From Myxococcota bacterium (GTDB taxonomy: Bacteria > Myxococcota > Myxococcia > Myxococcales > Myxococcaceae), in assembly GCA_046732375.1 (NCBI GenBank), contig JBKPMY010000208.1, forward strand, positions 1 through 59,775: 59,775 bases of DNA, given 5' to 3'. Position numbers and translations under genes: made by a program. The notes under the pieces are model-generated. The model saw only the letters and a list, made by a program, of their open reading frames with translations. It ran no database searches and had not been told where the DNA came from. Position 1 is the stretch's first letter. Every line of letters begins with the position of its first letter. This document shows positions 46,188-58,100 of this stretch, piece by piece.

Positions 46188-47324
46188 CTACTCGGCCTCG
46201 CCCGGCGGATCCTCGAGCCGCGGCACCACCAGGCCCCGCGACAGCCGGCGGAGCACCCGCAGCTTCTGCCGCTGCTTGTAGCGAGCGTGGGCGTTCTCCC
46301 CCCGCTCGTTCTGCTCCGCAGTCACGGCGTCCAGCATCTGGAACTCGACCAGCGTGAAGCCGAGGCGACCCTTGCGCTCGCGGCGATCCAGCTCCGGGGG
46401 CGGCAGCCACTCGTCCAGACGGAGCGGCACGTCCACCACGAAGTTGAGCACCTTGTACCCGCTGCCGCTGAACTCGTTGCCCGCCGGGCTCTCGCGGTCC
46501 TCGAAGTCGAGGTCGAGGTGCAGCTCGTTGGCGTGCTGCCGGAAGTGCGGGAACTCGTGCAGGAGCGACTTGAAGGGGAGCAGCGTGTTCTCGGTCTGTC
46601 CCGGCACCAGGAAGTTGAAGGGGAACAGCCGCTGGGTCAGGAAGTAGAGCACCGGGAGGATGTCCGCCCGGGTCGGGGTGACGATGCGGAAGCGCGTCTT
46701 GTCGTAGACCTGCGCCGCCACGTTCTCCTTCTTCGCCAGGAGCTTGGTGATGAAGGACTCTCGGGTCTTCACCGAGGTGCTGTAGTCGAGGATGGGCAGT
46801 CCCTTCTCCCGCGCCTCCGACAGCACCCCGTTCACCTTCGCGGTCACCATCCGTGACAGGTCCGCCTCGGACACCGCGAGGCGGAAGAGGATGTCTCTGC
46901 CCTCGATGTGCTGCACCACGTGCATGCACTTGAGGACGATGCAGGCGATCCGCCGGAAGCGGTGCGGCTCCTTCACCCCGCTCGCGTAGAGGAAGAGGTC
47001 GTGGATCTCCGCCGGTCGAGCCACCACGTCAGCCACCCGGTAGGAGAACGTCCGACGCAGGTACTCGACCGCGTCGGACAGCACCAGGCGGGCCCAGGCC
47101 TCGTCCTCGGGGTGCGTCAGGTCCAGCCCGCACAGCCGGAGGAAGCGGTCCACCTCGTCCCGGTTCCGGAAGTGCAGCCGGCGCCAGTCGACGACCGAGC
47201 CCCCGCGAAGAACGTGACGGACCCGCTCCAACTCCTTCAGGCCCATCTCGGCCACGGAGCGGACAGGAAGGTCCGGGAGCTTGGGCTCGACGGGGAGGCG
47301 CATGGGGGCGGCGCCCCTTACCAA
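46188..47324 (-). CDS. divergent RelA/SpoT-homologue (RSH)-like nucleotidyltransferase-domain protein
   Basis: 378 aa (TTG start; alternative ATG at 47303). The motif order matches small alarmone synthetases: TSVKTRESFITKLLAK (RxKxxxSxxxK-like), VYDKTRFRIVT (DxxGxRI-like), GSGYKVLNFVVDV (GYRSxHxxV-like) and LVEFQMLD...NAHARYK (EIQIRT...H..YK-like). The start lies 1 nt after the GltJ-like stop. Confidence 0.7.
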   Translation of the reverse strand: MVRGAAPMRLPVEPKLPDLPVRSVAEMGLKELERVRHVLRGGSVVDWRRLHFRNRDEVDRFLRLCGLDLTHPEDEAWARLVLSDAVEYLRRTFSYRVADVVARPAEIHDLFLYASGVKEPHRFRRIACIVLKCMHVVQHIEGRDILFRLAVSEADLSRMVTAKVNGVLSEAREKGLPILDYSTSVKTRESFITKLLAKKENVAAQVYDKTRFRIVTPTRADILPVLYFLTQRLFPFNFLVPGQTENTLLPFKSLLHEFPHFRQHANELHLDLDFEDRESPAGNEFSGSGYKVLNFVVDVPLRLDEWLPPPELDRRERKGRLGFTLVEFQMLDAVTAEQNERGENAHARYKQRQKLRVLRRLSRGLVVPRLEDPPGEAE

Positions 47325-47325
47325 T

Positions 47326-49110
47326 CTAGAAGGTGAAGGGAAAGTCCACCGGCTCGCCCGGCTGGTACTTGTGCTTGGGGAAGTTCCAGGACTTCACCAG
47401 ACCACTGAGACAGGTGGACATGTAGGACGACTTGAACTGGTCCGTCACCGCGGAAACTGAAGCGGTCTTCCCGGACGTCTGGATGACCCAGTGCATCACG
47501 AGCGTCCCGTGGAGGTTCGGGTCGCGGGCCTTCTGCTCGTTCACGCACCGGACGATCGCCGGCTTGTTCGCCAGCACCACCGACATGATGTCTCCCTTGG
47601 GGAGGCGCTCCGGAACCTCGGTGCTGGAGGCGGCGCCCGGCGCGGGCGGGACGTAGGCCGTCTTCTTGCCGTTGCTGCGGCTCTCGGCGGACTTGGAGGG
47701 GCCTCCCGTGCCGAACACCTCGTCGAAGAGGTCGTCGGCCTTGCTCTTGCCGTTCCCCGAGCTCTTGGGCGGGTCGGCCGCGGCAACCTGCTCGTCGCCC
47801 CCGCCGGATGCCTTGCTCCCGCCACTGTGCCGGGTGCCGCGGCTGCCTTTCCGGGTCCCGGTGCCCTCGCTCGAAGGGACGGCCGTGACCTTCGCCACCG
47901 GAGGGACGACGGGCGGGGTGACCGCTGGCGTGGGGGCCGGCGTGGTGGCCGTCGTGGCCTGGGCGGCCTTGGGCGGTTCGAGCGGCGGGGTCACCTTGGC
48001 CGGCTCGGGCGGCGGGGGCGGGATCTGACGAGCGGCGAGCTCCGATGCCTTCTGGCGCTGGAGGAGATACCAGCCCCCTCCGCCGACGGCGGCGAGCACC
48101 ACCACGACCGCCACGCCGATACCGATGAGCAAGGACTTGTTGCCGCCATGCGCCTTCACCGGACGCGTGGCGTAGGGGTAGGCCGGAGTGAAGGTCGGGG
48201 GACGCTCGACGGCCGTCACCGGCGTGTGCGCCTCGGCGCGCGCCGACCGCCCGTTCACGCTGGCCGCAGGAACCTCACCCGTCGGCGGCGGGACCTCCAG
48301 CAGACCGCGCGCCGCGGCGACCGGCTCGGGAGCCGGCGGAGGCGCGTCGGGCTTGCTGAGCGCGTCGATCTCCTCCTTGACCAGGTTGGCCAGGGCGGCC
48401 GAGGCCGATGGCCTCCAGCCCCCCGCGGTCTCGGGCACCGGCGTGTGGACCTCGGCCCGCACCGTGCGCATCACGCCACCGGCATTGAACGCGGACTCCA
48501 CCGGCACCGACACCACCGGCATCGGGCCGGAGGGTGACGACGCCGGCGAGTAGACCGGACGCTGCGGCCGCGGCGCGAGCCACGCCGCCAGCTCGGAGAC
48601 CTCGGACAGCGCCACCCAGTCCTCGAACCCCTGTCGCCAGGTGAGGCTGTCAGGGCCGATCTCCCCGCGATCCCAGTAGTCCTTGATCGCCTCGGGGGTC
48701 AGCGGGCCGGTCTGCTTGTCGTCGATGGCGACGTACCAGTCGAGCGCCCGCGGCGGGCCATCGCTCACCGGCGGCACGTTGGCCTCCACCGGGGGAGGCT
48801 CCTCCGCGGAAGGCTGCCCGACCGGCTCGTCGTCCTGGCGCTCGCCGAGCGCGCTCTCGAACGCGGCGCCGATCTCGTCGTCGTCCACGTCGCTGAAGAT
48901 CGAGTTCTCCCCCGTGGGTGCTTCCGGAGCGGGAGGCGGCGGCGCGGTCTCCTCCAGCCCCTGGAGGGCCGCGTCGGCCTCGGTGTCCTGTGGGCGGCGC
49001 ACCACGATGACGTTGCCGCACTTCTTGCAACGGACCTTGACCCCGTTCGCCCCGACCTTGTCGTCGGAGATCATGTACTGGGCGCGGCAGCTGTCGCAGA
49101 CGAAGCGCAT
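47326..49110 (-). CDS. gltJ: GltJ/AgmX-like gliding-motility protein: N-terminal zinc ribbon, GYF_2 domain, one TM helix, Pro-rich linkers, AgmX/PglI (TonB_C-like) C-terminal domain
   Basis: MRFVCDSCRAQYMISDDKVGANGVKVRCKKCGNVIVV is an MJ0042-type CxxC...CxxC ribbon. WYVAIDDKQTGPLTPEAIKDYWDRGEIGPDSLTWRQGFEDWVALSEVSEL is GYF_2. The TM helix is LLIGIGVAVVVVLAAVGGGGWYLL. The C-terminus reads ...GTLVMHWVIQTSGKTASVSAV...CLSGLVKSWNFPKHKYQPGEPVDFPFTF. Confidence 0.85.
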   Translation of the reverse strand: MRFVCDSCRAQYMISDDKVGANGVKVRCKKCGNVIVVRRPQDTEADAALQGLEETAPPPPAPEAPTGENSIFSDVDDDEIGAAFESALGERQDDEPVGQPSAEEPPPVEANVPPVSDGPPRALDWYVAIDDKQTGPLTPEAIKDYWDRGEIGPDSLTWRQGFEDWVALSEVSELAAWLAPRPQRPVYSPASSPSGPMPVVSVPVESAFNAGGVMRTVRAEVHTPVPETAGGWRPSASAALANLVKEEIDALSKPDAPPPAPEPVAAARGLLEVPPPTGEVPAASVNGRSARAEAHTPVTAVERPPTFTPAYPYATRPVKAHGGNKSLLIGIGVAVVVVLAAVGGGGWYLLQRQKASELAARQIPPPPPEPAKVTPPLEPPKAAQATTATTPAPTPAVTPPVVPPVAKVTAVPSSEGTGTRKGSRGTRHSGGSKASGGGDEQVAAADPPKSSGNGKSKADDLFDEVFGTGGPSKSAESRSNGKKTAYVPPAPGAASSTEVPERLPKGDIMSVVLANKPAIVRCVNEQKARDPNLHGTLVMHWVIQTSGKTASVSAVTDQFKSSYMSTCLSGLVKSWNFPKHKYQPGEPVDFPFTF

Positions 49111-49138
49111 GGAACTCTGGGGGGTTGCCTGGCCTTCG

Positions 49139-49168
49139 AGCGTATGGGTCGCCCCCCGGCCGGGTCAA
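49139..49168 (-). promoter_or_regulatory. Possible sigma-70-type promoter between the GltI-like and GltJ-like genes
   Basis: The reverse strand reads TTGACC-(18 nt)-TACGCT about 30 nt upstream of the GltJ-like ATG. The spacer is one nt longer than optimal and the -10 element is weak. Confidence 0.2.
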
Positions 49169-49194
49169 GGAACGGCCGAGGGGGCGGAGGAGAT

Positions 49195-52100
49195 CTACTT
49201 CCGCGCGGGTACCTCGACGTTGGTGCCCACCGCCATGCGGAGCGCGGAGAGGTCCTCCGACACGGCGAAGGTCATGAGCTCCCGGATCTTCACCTTCCCG
49301 GCCACGCGGTAACTGGACCCGGTTTCACCCTGGACGAGCTTCTTCACCGCTTCGAGGTCGCCTGCGGTGAACAGCGCACAGCGGACCCCGGTCAGCTCTG
49401 CCCCCTCCAGGTAATCCTTGACCGGGTCGGCCTCGGAGCGGCGCAGCACCTCCGGCACCAGCCGGCCGAGGGCGGCGCGGAAGGGCTCGGTCATGACCGA
49501 TTCCAGCGCCTGCCGCTCGGCATCGATCACCTGGCCGGGCACGGTCCAGCGCATCTGGAAGCCACAGAGGAGCACCGCTCCCTGGAACACCGCGGCCAGC
49601 CGCTCTGGCGCGAACCGCGAGGCGAAGATGAGCTCGGGCCGGAGCAGTGCCAGCGTTCGCCCGAGCTGCGCGTGGGTATCCTTCGCCTGCGGGTCCCCGA
49701 AGAACTTTCCGCCGACCTTCAGGCACACCGGGTGGCTGTGGACGATCTCCACGCCCAGGAGCGGGTCCGGAGCGGGCTCCATCGAGCGCTTGGCGAGCTT
49801 GTCGCGGGTGGCGATCAGGAACGGGGAGAACAGCTCCACCGCCTCGAGGCCCAGCAGGCGCGCCACCGCGCGGTAGTGGTGGATCTGGTACTCCTGCGCG
49901 GTCGCCACGTCGATCCGGTGCTTCTTGGGAACGAGCTGGGCCTGGGCGAGCGGCACCGCCGACAGCTGGCCCGCACCCTGGAAGAGCAGCCCCATCAGCT
50001 CGGCGAAGGGCGTGCGCACCTTGGGGTGGAGCAGGTACTGGGCCCAGACCCTGTCGTTGAGGGTGGCGCGCGGCGTCTCGCGCTTCTTCGCGTAGGGCCC
50101 GAGCTTGGTGATGATCTCCTTCTCCGCCGCTCCCGGATCGCCCAGGACCCCCGCCACCACCTGCGCGGCGAGCCAGGCTCCGTCGTAATCCTTCCGGCGC
50201 GCGGCGAGCTCGGCCAGCTGGCTCGCCACCTTCTTCGGGTTCTGGCTGTGGGCCAGTGCCTTCCGCAGGGCCTGGATCGCCGGCTCCTCGTTGCCTGCCG
50301 ATGCCAGCAGGAGCTCGGCGTAGGTCTCCTGAACGGTGGCGTCGTCGGGGAGCCCGGCGGCGGCCACCTTGTAGGCCATCAGCGCGCTCTCCGGCTGCTT
50401 CAGGACCTGTAGATAGAGGTCGCCCAGCGTCCGCCAGAGCGCCATCCGCGCCGACTCGGTCTCGTCGGTCTTCGGAAGCCGCTGGATCATCCGGGCGTAG
50501 TTCTCCTCCAGCTGCTTCCACTCCTTCGCCGCGCCGAGCATCGCCTCGATGGCGCTGAAGGCCTCGATGAAGAGCGGGTCGAGGTCCAGCGCGGCGTTGA
50601 ATGCCTCCACCGCCCGGCCGGTGTCGCGGAGCTCGTCGCGGAGGCTCTCGCCGAGCGCGAACCACACCCGCTTCGCGCGCTGCGCGTCGGCCTGGAGCTC
50701 GGACTGGCCGAGCATGACTTCGAGGATCTCCGCCGCCTTCCCCGGCTGCCGCGTCTCCCGGTAGAGCACGTACAGCGCGTCCATCACCTCCAGCGACTGG
50801 GGCCGGAGGCGCAGCGCCTGGGCGTAGGCGTCGATGGCGGTGTGCAGGTCCTTCAGCCGGTCGCGGGCCAGCGCGCCGAGCTCCAGCGCCGCCTCGGCCT
50901 TGGGCTCGCCGTCGAGCACGCCCACCAGCGCCTGGCGGTACTCGGCCGAGCGGTCCCACCGCCCTGCCCCGTCGGCGAGCTGGATGAGGGCGCGGAGGCT
51001 CGGCTCGTGGCCCGGGTCGATGGCCAGCGCCTTCTCGAAGTGGTTCTGCGCCCGGTCGTGCTGCTTGAGCGAGATGTGCACCTCGCCGATCTGCCAGTAG
51101 AGCTCGACGATCTCGAGGTCGGTCAGGTCCTCGCGGTGGTGGATGAGAATGGTCTGGAAGACCTTCAGCGCCTGGTCGTGCCGGCCGGACTGGACGAGGA
51201 GGTTCCCGTAACCCTCGAGCGCCGGCAGGTAGGTGGCGTCGAGCTGGTACGCCTCCTCGTAGGCGGCGAGCGCGCGGTCACGCCGGCCGAGCTTCTCCTG
51301 CACATAGCCCATCCGGTACACCTGGCGGCACAGGTCCCTGCCCAGGGCATCGTCCTGGTCAGAAGCGAAACGGCTCTTGAGGTCGCGGATGACGACGTCG
51401 AGCATCTGCTCGGCGGGCTCCCAGCGCTCGCGAGCGATGTAGAGGCCGGAGAGCGGGAGCGCGGCGTCGGCCAGCTCGGGGTCGAGCTTGATCGCCTCCT
51501 CGTACCACTGCATCGCCGAGTCGGGATCCTCGCGGCGCTCGCTGTGGTAGCGGCCGACGGCCAGGTAGGCGCGGGCCTTCGCCGAGGCCTCGCTCGTGGC
51601 CTGCGCCTCGGCCACCAGCATCTGCTCGTAGGTCCCCCAGTCCTGCTCGTTCTCGGAGATCCCGCGAAGGGCCTGCAGCGCGGGGAGGAACTCCGGGTCG
51701 ATGTGCAGGGCCTGCGTGTAGCAGGCCTTGGCCGAGGGCACGTCCATCAGCATGTCCTCGTTGATCTTTCCCATCCGGTGGAGCACCTCCACCGCGCGGG
51801 GGTCGTTCCCGAGGGCCTCGGCCTCCTGGTGCAGCATCTCCAGGGCGAAGGGCCAGTTGCCGCTCCGCTCGTAGACCATGCCCAGGGCGTGGAGCGCCGG
51901 GGTGTGGCCGGGGAAGACGCCGAGAGCGGCCTGGAACGCGTCGGCCGCCTTGTCGGTCTGGTGGAGGTTGACCCTGAGCACCTCGCCGGCCTCCACCATG
52001 AGGTCCGCCTGCTCCTCGGCGTCGGTGACGAGATGGATGTGCCGCTCGAGAACTCCGACCAGATCCTCCCACCGGGCCTGGGCCCGGCGCAGCCGCTCCA

Positions 52101-55100
52101 GCGCCTTGATCGCCTGGAGGTTGGTGGGGTCGAGCGCGAGGACGCCGTCGATGCAGGCGTCGGCGTTGGCCGCGTTCTGGTACCGATCCTCCCAGATGGC
52201 GGCGGAGTGGAAGAGGATCTTCACCTTCTCCCGGTAGTCCTCGGTCAGCTCCAGCTGCCGCTCGTAGATGGCGAGCATGTCCGCCGGCCGGTCGAGCCGG
52301 GTGTAGAGCCGCTCCAGCGCGCCGAGCGCCTCGGCGTTGCGCGGGTCGAGGCCCAGCGCCTCGCGGTAGGCGTCGACCGCCGCCTCCTCGTCACCGATCT
52401 CCTTCTCCTGGACGGAGGCGAGCGCATTCTGAAGCGTTGCCCGCTCCTCCGAGGTCGGGAGAAGATCGCGGGTCCGCGCGAGGGTGGCGGCGAGGTCACC
52501 CCACAGGTGCTGGTCGCGGTAGAGCTTCGCCAGATCGCCGAGGGTCTCCACGTCCGGCTCGAGCTCCAGCGCGCGGATGAGAGCGTTGGCCGCCTCGTCA
52601 GGATCCTTCAGCCGCTCCAGGTGGATGCGGGAGATCTCCCGGAAGATGGTCTTCCGCGCCTCGATGGACGGCGCCGCCTCGATCTTGTGCTCCAGCGAGA
52701 CGATGAGCTCGCGGTCGCGCCCGCGGCGGCCGAACATCTGAACCATCGCGTCGAGTGCCGAGGCGTTGGTGGGATCGAACTCGAGGATCTTCCGGAGCGC
52801 TGCCTCGGCCTCCTCCGGATCGTCCAGGTTCCGGTCCTGCACCCGGGCCAGCACCAGGTACAACCGCTCGGCCAGAGGACCGCGGGGGAGATCGTCGGCC
52901 ACCTGCTCGTACACCGCGGCCAGCTCCTCGTAGGAGCCGGTCTCCTGAGCCAGGCGCTCCACGTCCTCGCGGAGCGAGTCGTCCGAGGCGTCGAGCTGGA
53001 GCGCGCGGCACAGCGCGAGGAAGGCCGCGTCCTTCTGCCCCAGCTTCTGCTCCCGGATACGGCCCAGCTCCCGGAGCGCCTTGATCTTGTCCTCGTCGGT
53101 CACGAGGTTCGGGAGGTACCGGTCCACCGCCTGGGAATAGGCGCGCCAGTCACCGGCGTCCGAGTAGAGCGACAGCACCCGCTCGTAGGCGTCGCGGTTC
53201 GCGGCATCGAACTCCAGGACCCGCTCCAGGATCGGCGCGGCCTGCTCCGGCTTCTTCGCCTGGCCGATCCACACCTCGGCGATCTCGCACAGCGCGGAGA
53301 CGACCTCTTCCTTCTCCTCCATGCGCTGCCACACCTCGGCCTTGAGCTCGAGGGTACGGACCGCGTCGCCGAAGGCTCGGAGCCCGAGGAAGAGCTTGTT
53401 GACCCGGTCCAGGTCGGGGACGGTGTGCGGCTCGATCTCCAGCGAGCGGCGGGCTGCGTCCAGGGCCTCCTCGCGCCGGGACATCTCCCCCAGCACCTCC
53501 GCCAGCCGGATGCGGAGGCCCTTCACCCCCTCGGGATTCTCTTGCAGCGGGATCAGCCGGCGGAGCACCGCGACCAGCTCCTCGCGGCGGCCGAGCTGCT
53601 CGTCGATGTCGCGCAGCGTCTCCAGCGCCTTCCGGTTCCGCGCGTCGCGCTCCAGCGCGGTGCGGAGCGGCGCGATCGCCTCCTCGCCCCGGCCCAGGTG
53701 CCGGTAGAGGACGACTCCCAGCTTCTCGTTGAGGCGCACCAGCTCGCGGGGCTCGGCGGTCTGGGGAATCTTTCCCGCCAGCAGGGCGCGCAGGTCCTCC
53801 CAGCGACCGGCCTTCTCCAGCGCCTGCTCCAGCGCGCCGAAGGCCTGGTCCGACTTGGGGTTCTTCTTGAACAGCTCGCTGTACAGCTCGATCGAGGCCT
53901 CGAGGTCCGCCAGCCCCTCGGCCGAGACCTTCACCATCTTGGCCAGGATGCGCTCGCGCTCCGGGCCCGAGGTGAGGTCGCGCTGAATCCGGAGGACGTT
54001 GAACAGCCGGTCCGGCGTCCCGCTCCGCTCATAGATGGACTCCAGCAAGCGCGCCGCCGGAAGGTGCGTCTTGTCCAGCGCCAGCAGGCGCTCGAAGGCG
54101 TCCGCGGCGCGGTTCTCGTCCTCCAGCTCGTCCTGGGTGACCTGGCCGAGGCGGAAGAGGATCTGCACCCGCTCGGTGACGTCGGGAGTCAGCTTCTCCA
54201 GCTCGTCCAGGCTCTGCACCAGCCGGTCGCTCCGCCCCGCTTGCCCGTAGAGCCGTGAGAGCGCGGTCAGGGCCGGGAGTCCCGCGGCCGCATCCAGCTC
54301 GCGCGAGCGCTCCAGGACCTCGATGGCCCGGGCGGGATTGGAGAGCTGGTGCTCGTAGAGGCCCCCCAGCTCGAGGAGCACCGCCGCGGCATCCTTCGTC
54401 TCGGCGATGCGGGGAAGCTCCTCCTCGTACAGCTGCGCGAGCTCGGGGTAGGTCCGGGTCGTGTCGGCCGCCTTGCTCAGCCGGCCGCGGAGCGCGGAGT
54501 CGTTGGGGTCCTCCTGGAAGGCCCGGGACAGGGCGCCGAATAGCCCGGCCGGGTCCTTCTCCGTCTCGCGCAGCCCGGCCAGCTCCACCAGGAGCTGCTT
54601 GCGCTCGAAGGCATCGGCCGAGACTCCGACCCGGAGCTCGATGAGGGCGGGGAGCTTCACGTGCTCGGCGGCGGCCCGGAACGCGGCGAGGAGGACCTCG
54701 ACCAGCGGCTTGTTCTGGGGCTCGCGCTGGGCCCATGCCTCGAGCTGGGCCAGCGCCGCAGGATGCTTCGGCTGCGCGGCCAGCACCTGCCCGTACAGCT
54801 CGAGCGACCCGTGCTTGTCGAGGAGCCGGGTCTCGCGGACCACCGCCAGCCGGGTCCGGAGATCGAGGTCCAGGTCCCCGCCGGGGAGCGCCAGGCGGCG
54901 GCCGATGACGTCCGCCAGCTCGGGCCACCGCTCCTGCTTCTCGCAGAGCGAGTCCAGCTTCTCCAGCGCCTTGGCGTCGTCGGGCTTGAGCTCCAGCAGC
55001 CGCCGGAGGGTCGCCATCGCTCCCACCGTGTCGTGGAGCGCGCTGTCCTGCAGGCCTGCGATCTGAAACAGCAGCGCGGTGCGGACCGCGACGTCGTCGG

Positions 55101-58100
55101 TGATCGCCAGCTGGCGCTTGTAGATCTCCAGCAGCTCGGGGGCCCGACCCGCGGCCTGGTAGAGCCGCACCAGGGAGCCCATCGCCTCGGCGTCCGAGGG
55201 CACCGATTCGAGTGTGCGCCGCCAGGCGTCGATCGCCTCCGCCGCGTTCCCCAGCTTCTCCTGCGCCTTGGCCAGGGCGCGGAGAATGGCGACCCGGGCT
55301 GCGTCCTCCGAGGCGCGGGGGAGGATCTCCTCCAGCAGCCCGGCGAGCTCATCGCCGCCGTGGGTGGCCCTCTCGGAAAGGGTGACCGCCAGGGTGAGCG
55401 AGGCCTCCTCATCGGGAAGCTCGCGGAGCGCCCTGCTCGCGGAGACGAAGGCGAGGTCGGCGTTTTGCATCGGCCCCGCGTAGAGCTTGGCCACCTTGCG
55501 GAGCAGCGCGGCGCGCTCCTGGGCCACCGGCTCGGTGGAGGCGCGCGACTCGAGCATCTGCACCAGCCGCAGGTGGTCGCCACCGGAGGTGAAGATGGGC
55601 TCGAGGGCCTCGGCCGCCTCGCCCCGCAGCGGGCTGTCCGAGCGCGCCATCTCCTCCAGGGCGCCGATGGCGCCGGCGTGCCCCTGCTTGCGGCGGAGCA
55701 CGTCCTCGAAGATGTCCAGCGCGCCTCGGGGGTCCCGCAGCCGCGAGAGGCGCAGCCGCCCGAGACGGACCATGAGGTCGTACATCTCCTCGTGACGCCC
55801 GGTGGACTCGGCGAGCTGGATCTCCTTGACGATGAGCGAGGCCAGCTCGGGCCAGCGCTCGCTCTCGGTAAGCACCTTCCCCAGGAACTTGATCGCGTCG
55901 TCGTCGTCCGGCTTGCGGGCGAGGACCTCCCCGTAGCACTGGGCGGCCAGCTGCTTGTCAGCCAGCGTCTCCTCGGCGAGGGTGCCGAGGCGGAAGAGGA
56001 GGTCGATCTGCTTCGGCGGCGACGGCTCGGCCATCACCATCCGCTTCATCACCGAGGCCAGCTCCCGGGCGTCTCCGGAGCGGGTGTGAATGCGCGCCAG
56101 CGACTCCAGCACCGCCATGTTCCGTGGCTCGCGGCGAGCGAGCTCCTCGTAGGCGCGGATGGCGAGATCGATCCGGTCCAGCCGCTCTGACCAGAGCACG
56201 GCCAGGCGGCGCCACAGCTCGGTGGAGGTGGCGTTGGTGACCCCTCGCTCCAGCTGGTCCTGGTAGGCGGTGGCCAGCTCCTCGAAGGCGCCGGTCTCGG
56301 CGGCCAGGCGTTCCAGCTGCTCGCGGGCCTCCTCGCTCTCGGGCATCTCCCCGAAGGCGCGGACCCGGGCGGCGAAGGCGAGGTCCTTCTGCCCCAGGGT
56401 CTCGCGGAGGTTGGAGATCTCCTCGAGGAGCGGCAGGCGATCCTGGTGCGGAGCGCCGGCGAGGCGGATCTCCAGCACCTCCACCAAATGCCGGACGTCG
56501 TTCAGGCTCCGGTAGACGGGCTCGAGCAGGCGCGCGGCGTCCGGACGGACGTCGGGCAGCTCCATGAGTCGCTCGAGGCCGGAAACGGCGTTGGGGTCGG
56601 TGGGAGCGACCGCGAGGAGCCGGGAGTAGCCCTCGATCGCCGCGGGCAGTGCCTTTTCCCGCTCCAGCAGCTGGGCGCGTCGGAGGAGGTGCGCCTTCTG
56701 GACCTCGGCGGTGGTGGAGGCGGCGAGCTGGGCCAGCACGTCGGCCTGCTCCTCGAAGCGCTTGGTCCGCGCATAGAGTCGGTCCAGCGCCTCGAGCCCG
56801 TCGATTCCGCGGCGAAGCGCCAGCGCCTCCTTGTAGGCGTCGATGGCGCGCTCATCATCGCCGGCGGTCTCCAGGGCCTCGCCGGCCTTGAGCAGCAGGG
56901 TCCGCCGCTCGTGCGGATCGGCGGCCAGCTGGGCCTTGCGGAGCGTGACGTCCGAGAGCTGCTTGGCGTTCTTGGTCTGTTCGAAGAGCTTCCCCAGCGC
57001 GTCCAGCGCCTGCCGGTCCTGCGGGGCCTCGACCAGGAGCGCCTGCCAGTCCTTGATCGACTCGTCGCTCTGCGCCAGGTGCTCGCGCAGCTCGGCGGCG
57101 CGCCGGAGCCAGGAGACCTTGTCCGGGTCGGCGCCCTTGGTCGCGGCGGCGACCTTCTCGTAGGTGGAGGCCAGCTCCTCGTAGCTGCCGGTCACCCGGG
57201 CGAGGCGCTCCAGGTCCGCCTTGGCGGCGGCGCGGTCCACGTTCTGGGCGAAGGCCTGGCCGGCGGAGACGAAGGCGCGGCCGGGCTGGCCCATGTCCCG
57301 CTCCTGGATGGAGCGGATCTCCTGGGTGAGGCGGGTCTTCTCGTCGGTGAGGGCGTCGGCGATCCGCGCCTCGCGGATGGCCACCCGGCGGGCGTGCTGG
57401 CCGGAGCGGGCGAGGAACGGGTCCAGGGTCTCCAGCGCGCTGCGGCTCTCCTGGTCGTGCGAGCGGGCCCAGGCGTCGAGCAGGTCGAGGGTGGGCGTGT
57501 GGCCCGGATCCTCGGAGAGCACCTGGGCGAGGAGCTGGAGGGCGCCGCCGAAGTCCTGGAGCTTCTCCCGGCGGAGCTGGGCCAGGCGGAAGGTGGCCTC
57601 ACGTCCCTGCGGGCTCTGCCCTTCCTGGGCCCGCCGGAGCTCGAGGGCAAAGGCGAGATTCTCGAACTTGCCGAGCGCGGTGTAGAGCCGGTCGAGCGCG
57701 GAGACCGCCTCGCGGTTGAGCGGGTCGGCCTCGGAGACCCGGCGCCAGGCGGAGGCGGCGGCCTCACGATCCTCGAGCTTCCCCTCGCGGAGGAGGGCCA
57801 TCTCCCGCCAGAGCGCGATCTTCTCCGCAGGGTCCGGCACCGCGGTGGCGAGGCTGTCCAGGACCGAGACCAGGCGCCGCCAGTCCTCGGTCGCCCGCAG
57901 CAGCCGCTGCAGCCCGCGGAGCGCGTCGACGTTTCCGGGGTCGATGACCAGCACCGATTCCAGCTGGGCGATGGCACCGCGGCGATCGTCGAGCTTCCGC
58001 TCCTGCACGTCGGCCAGGTCGCGGTGGAGCGCGACCCGCGCGCCGGACTCGAGGTCACCCCGGGAGACCAGCTCCTTGAGGACGTTGGCGAAGCCGTCCA

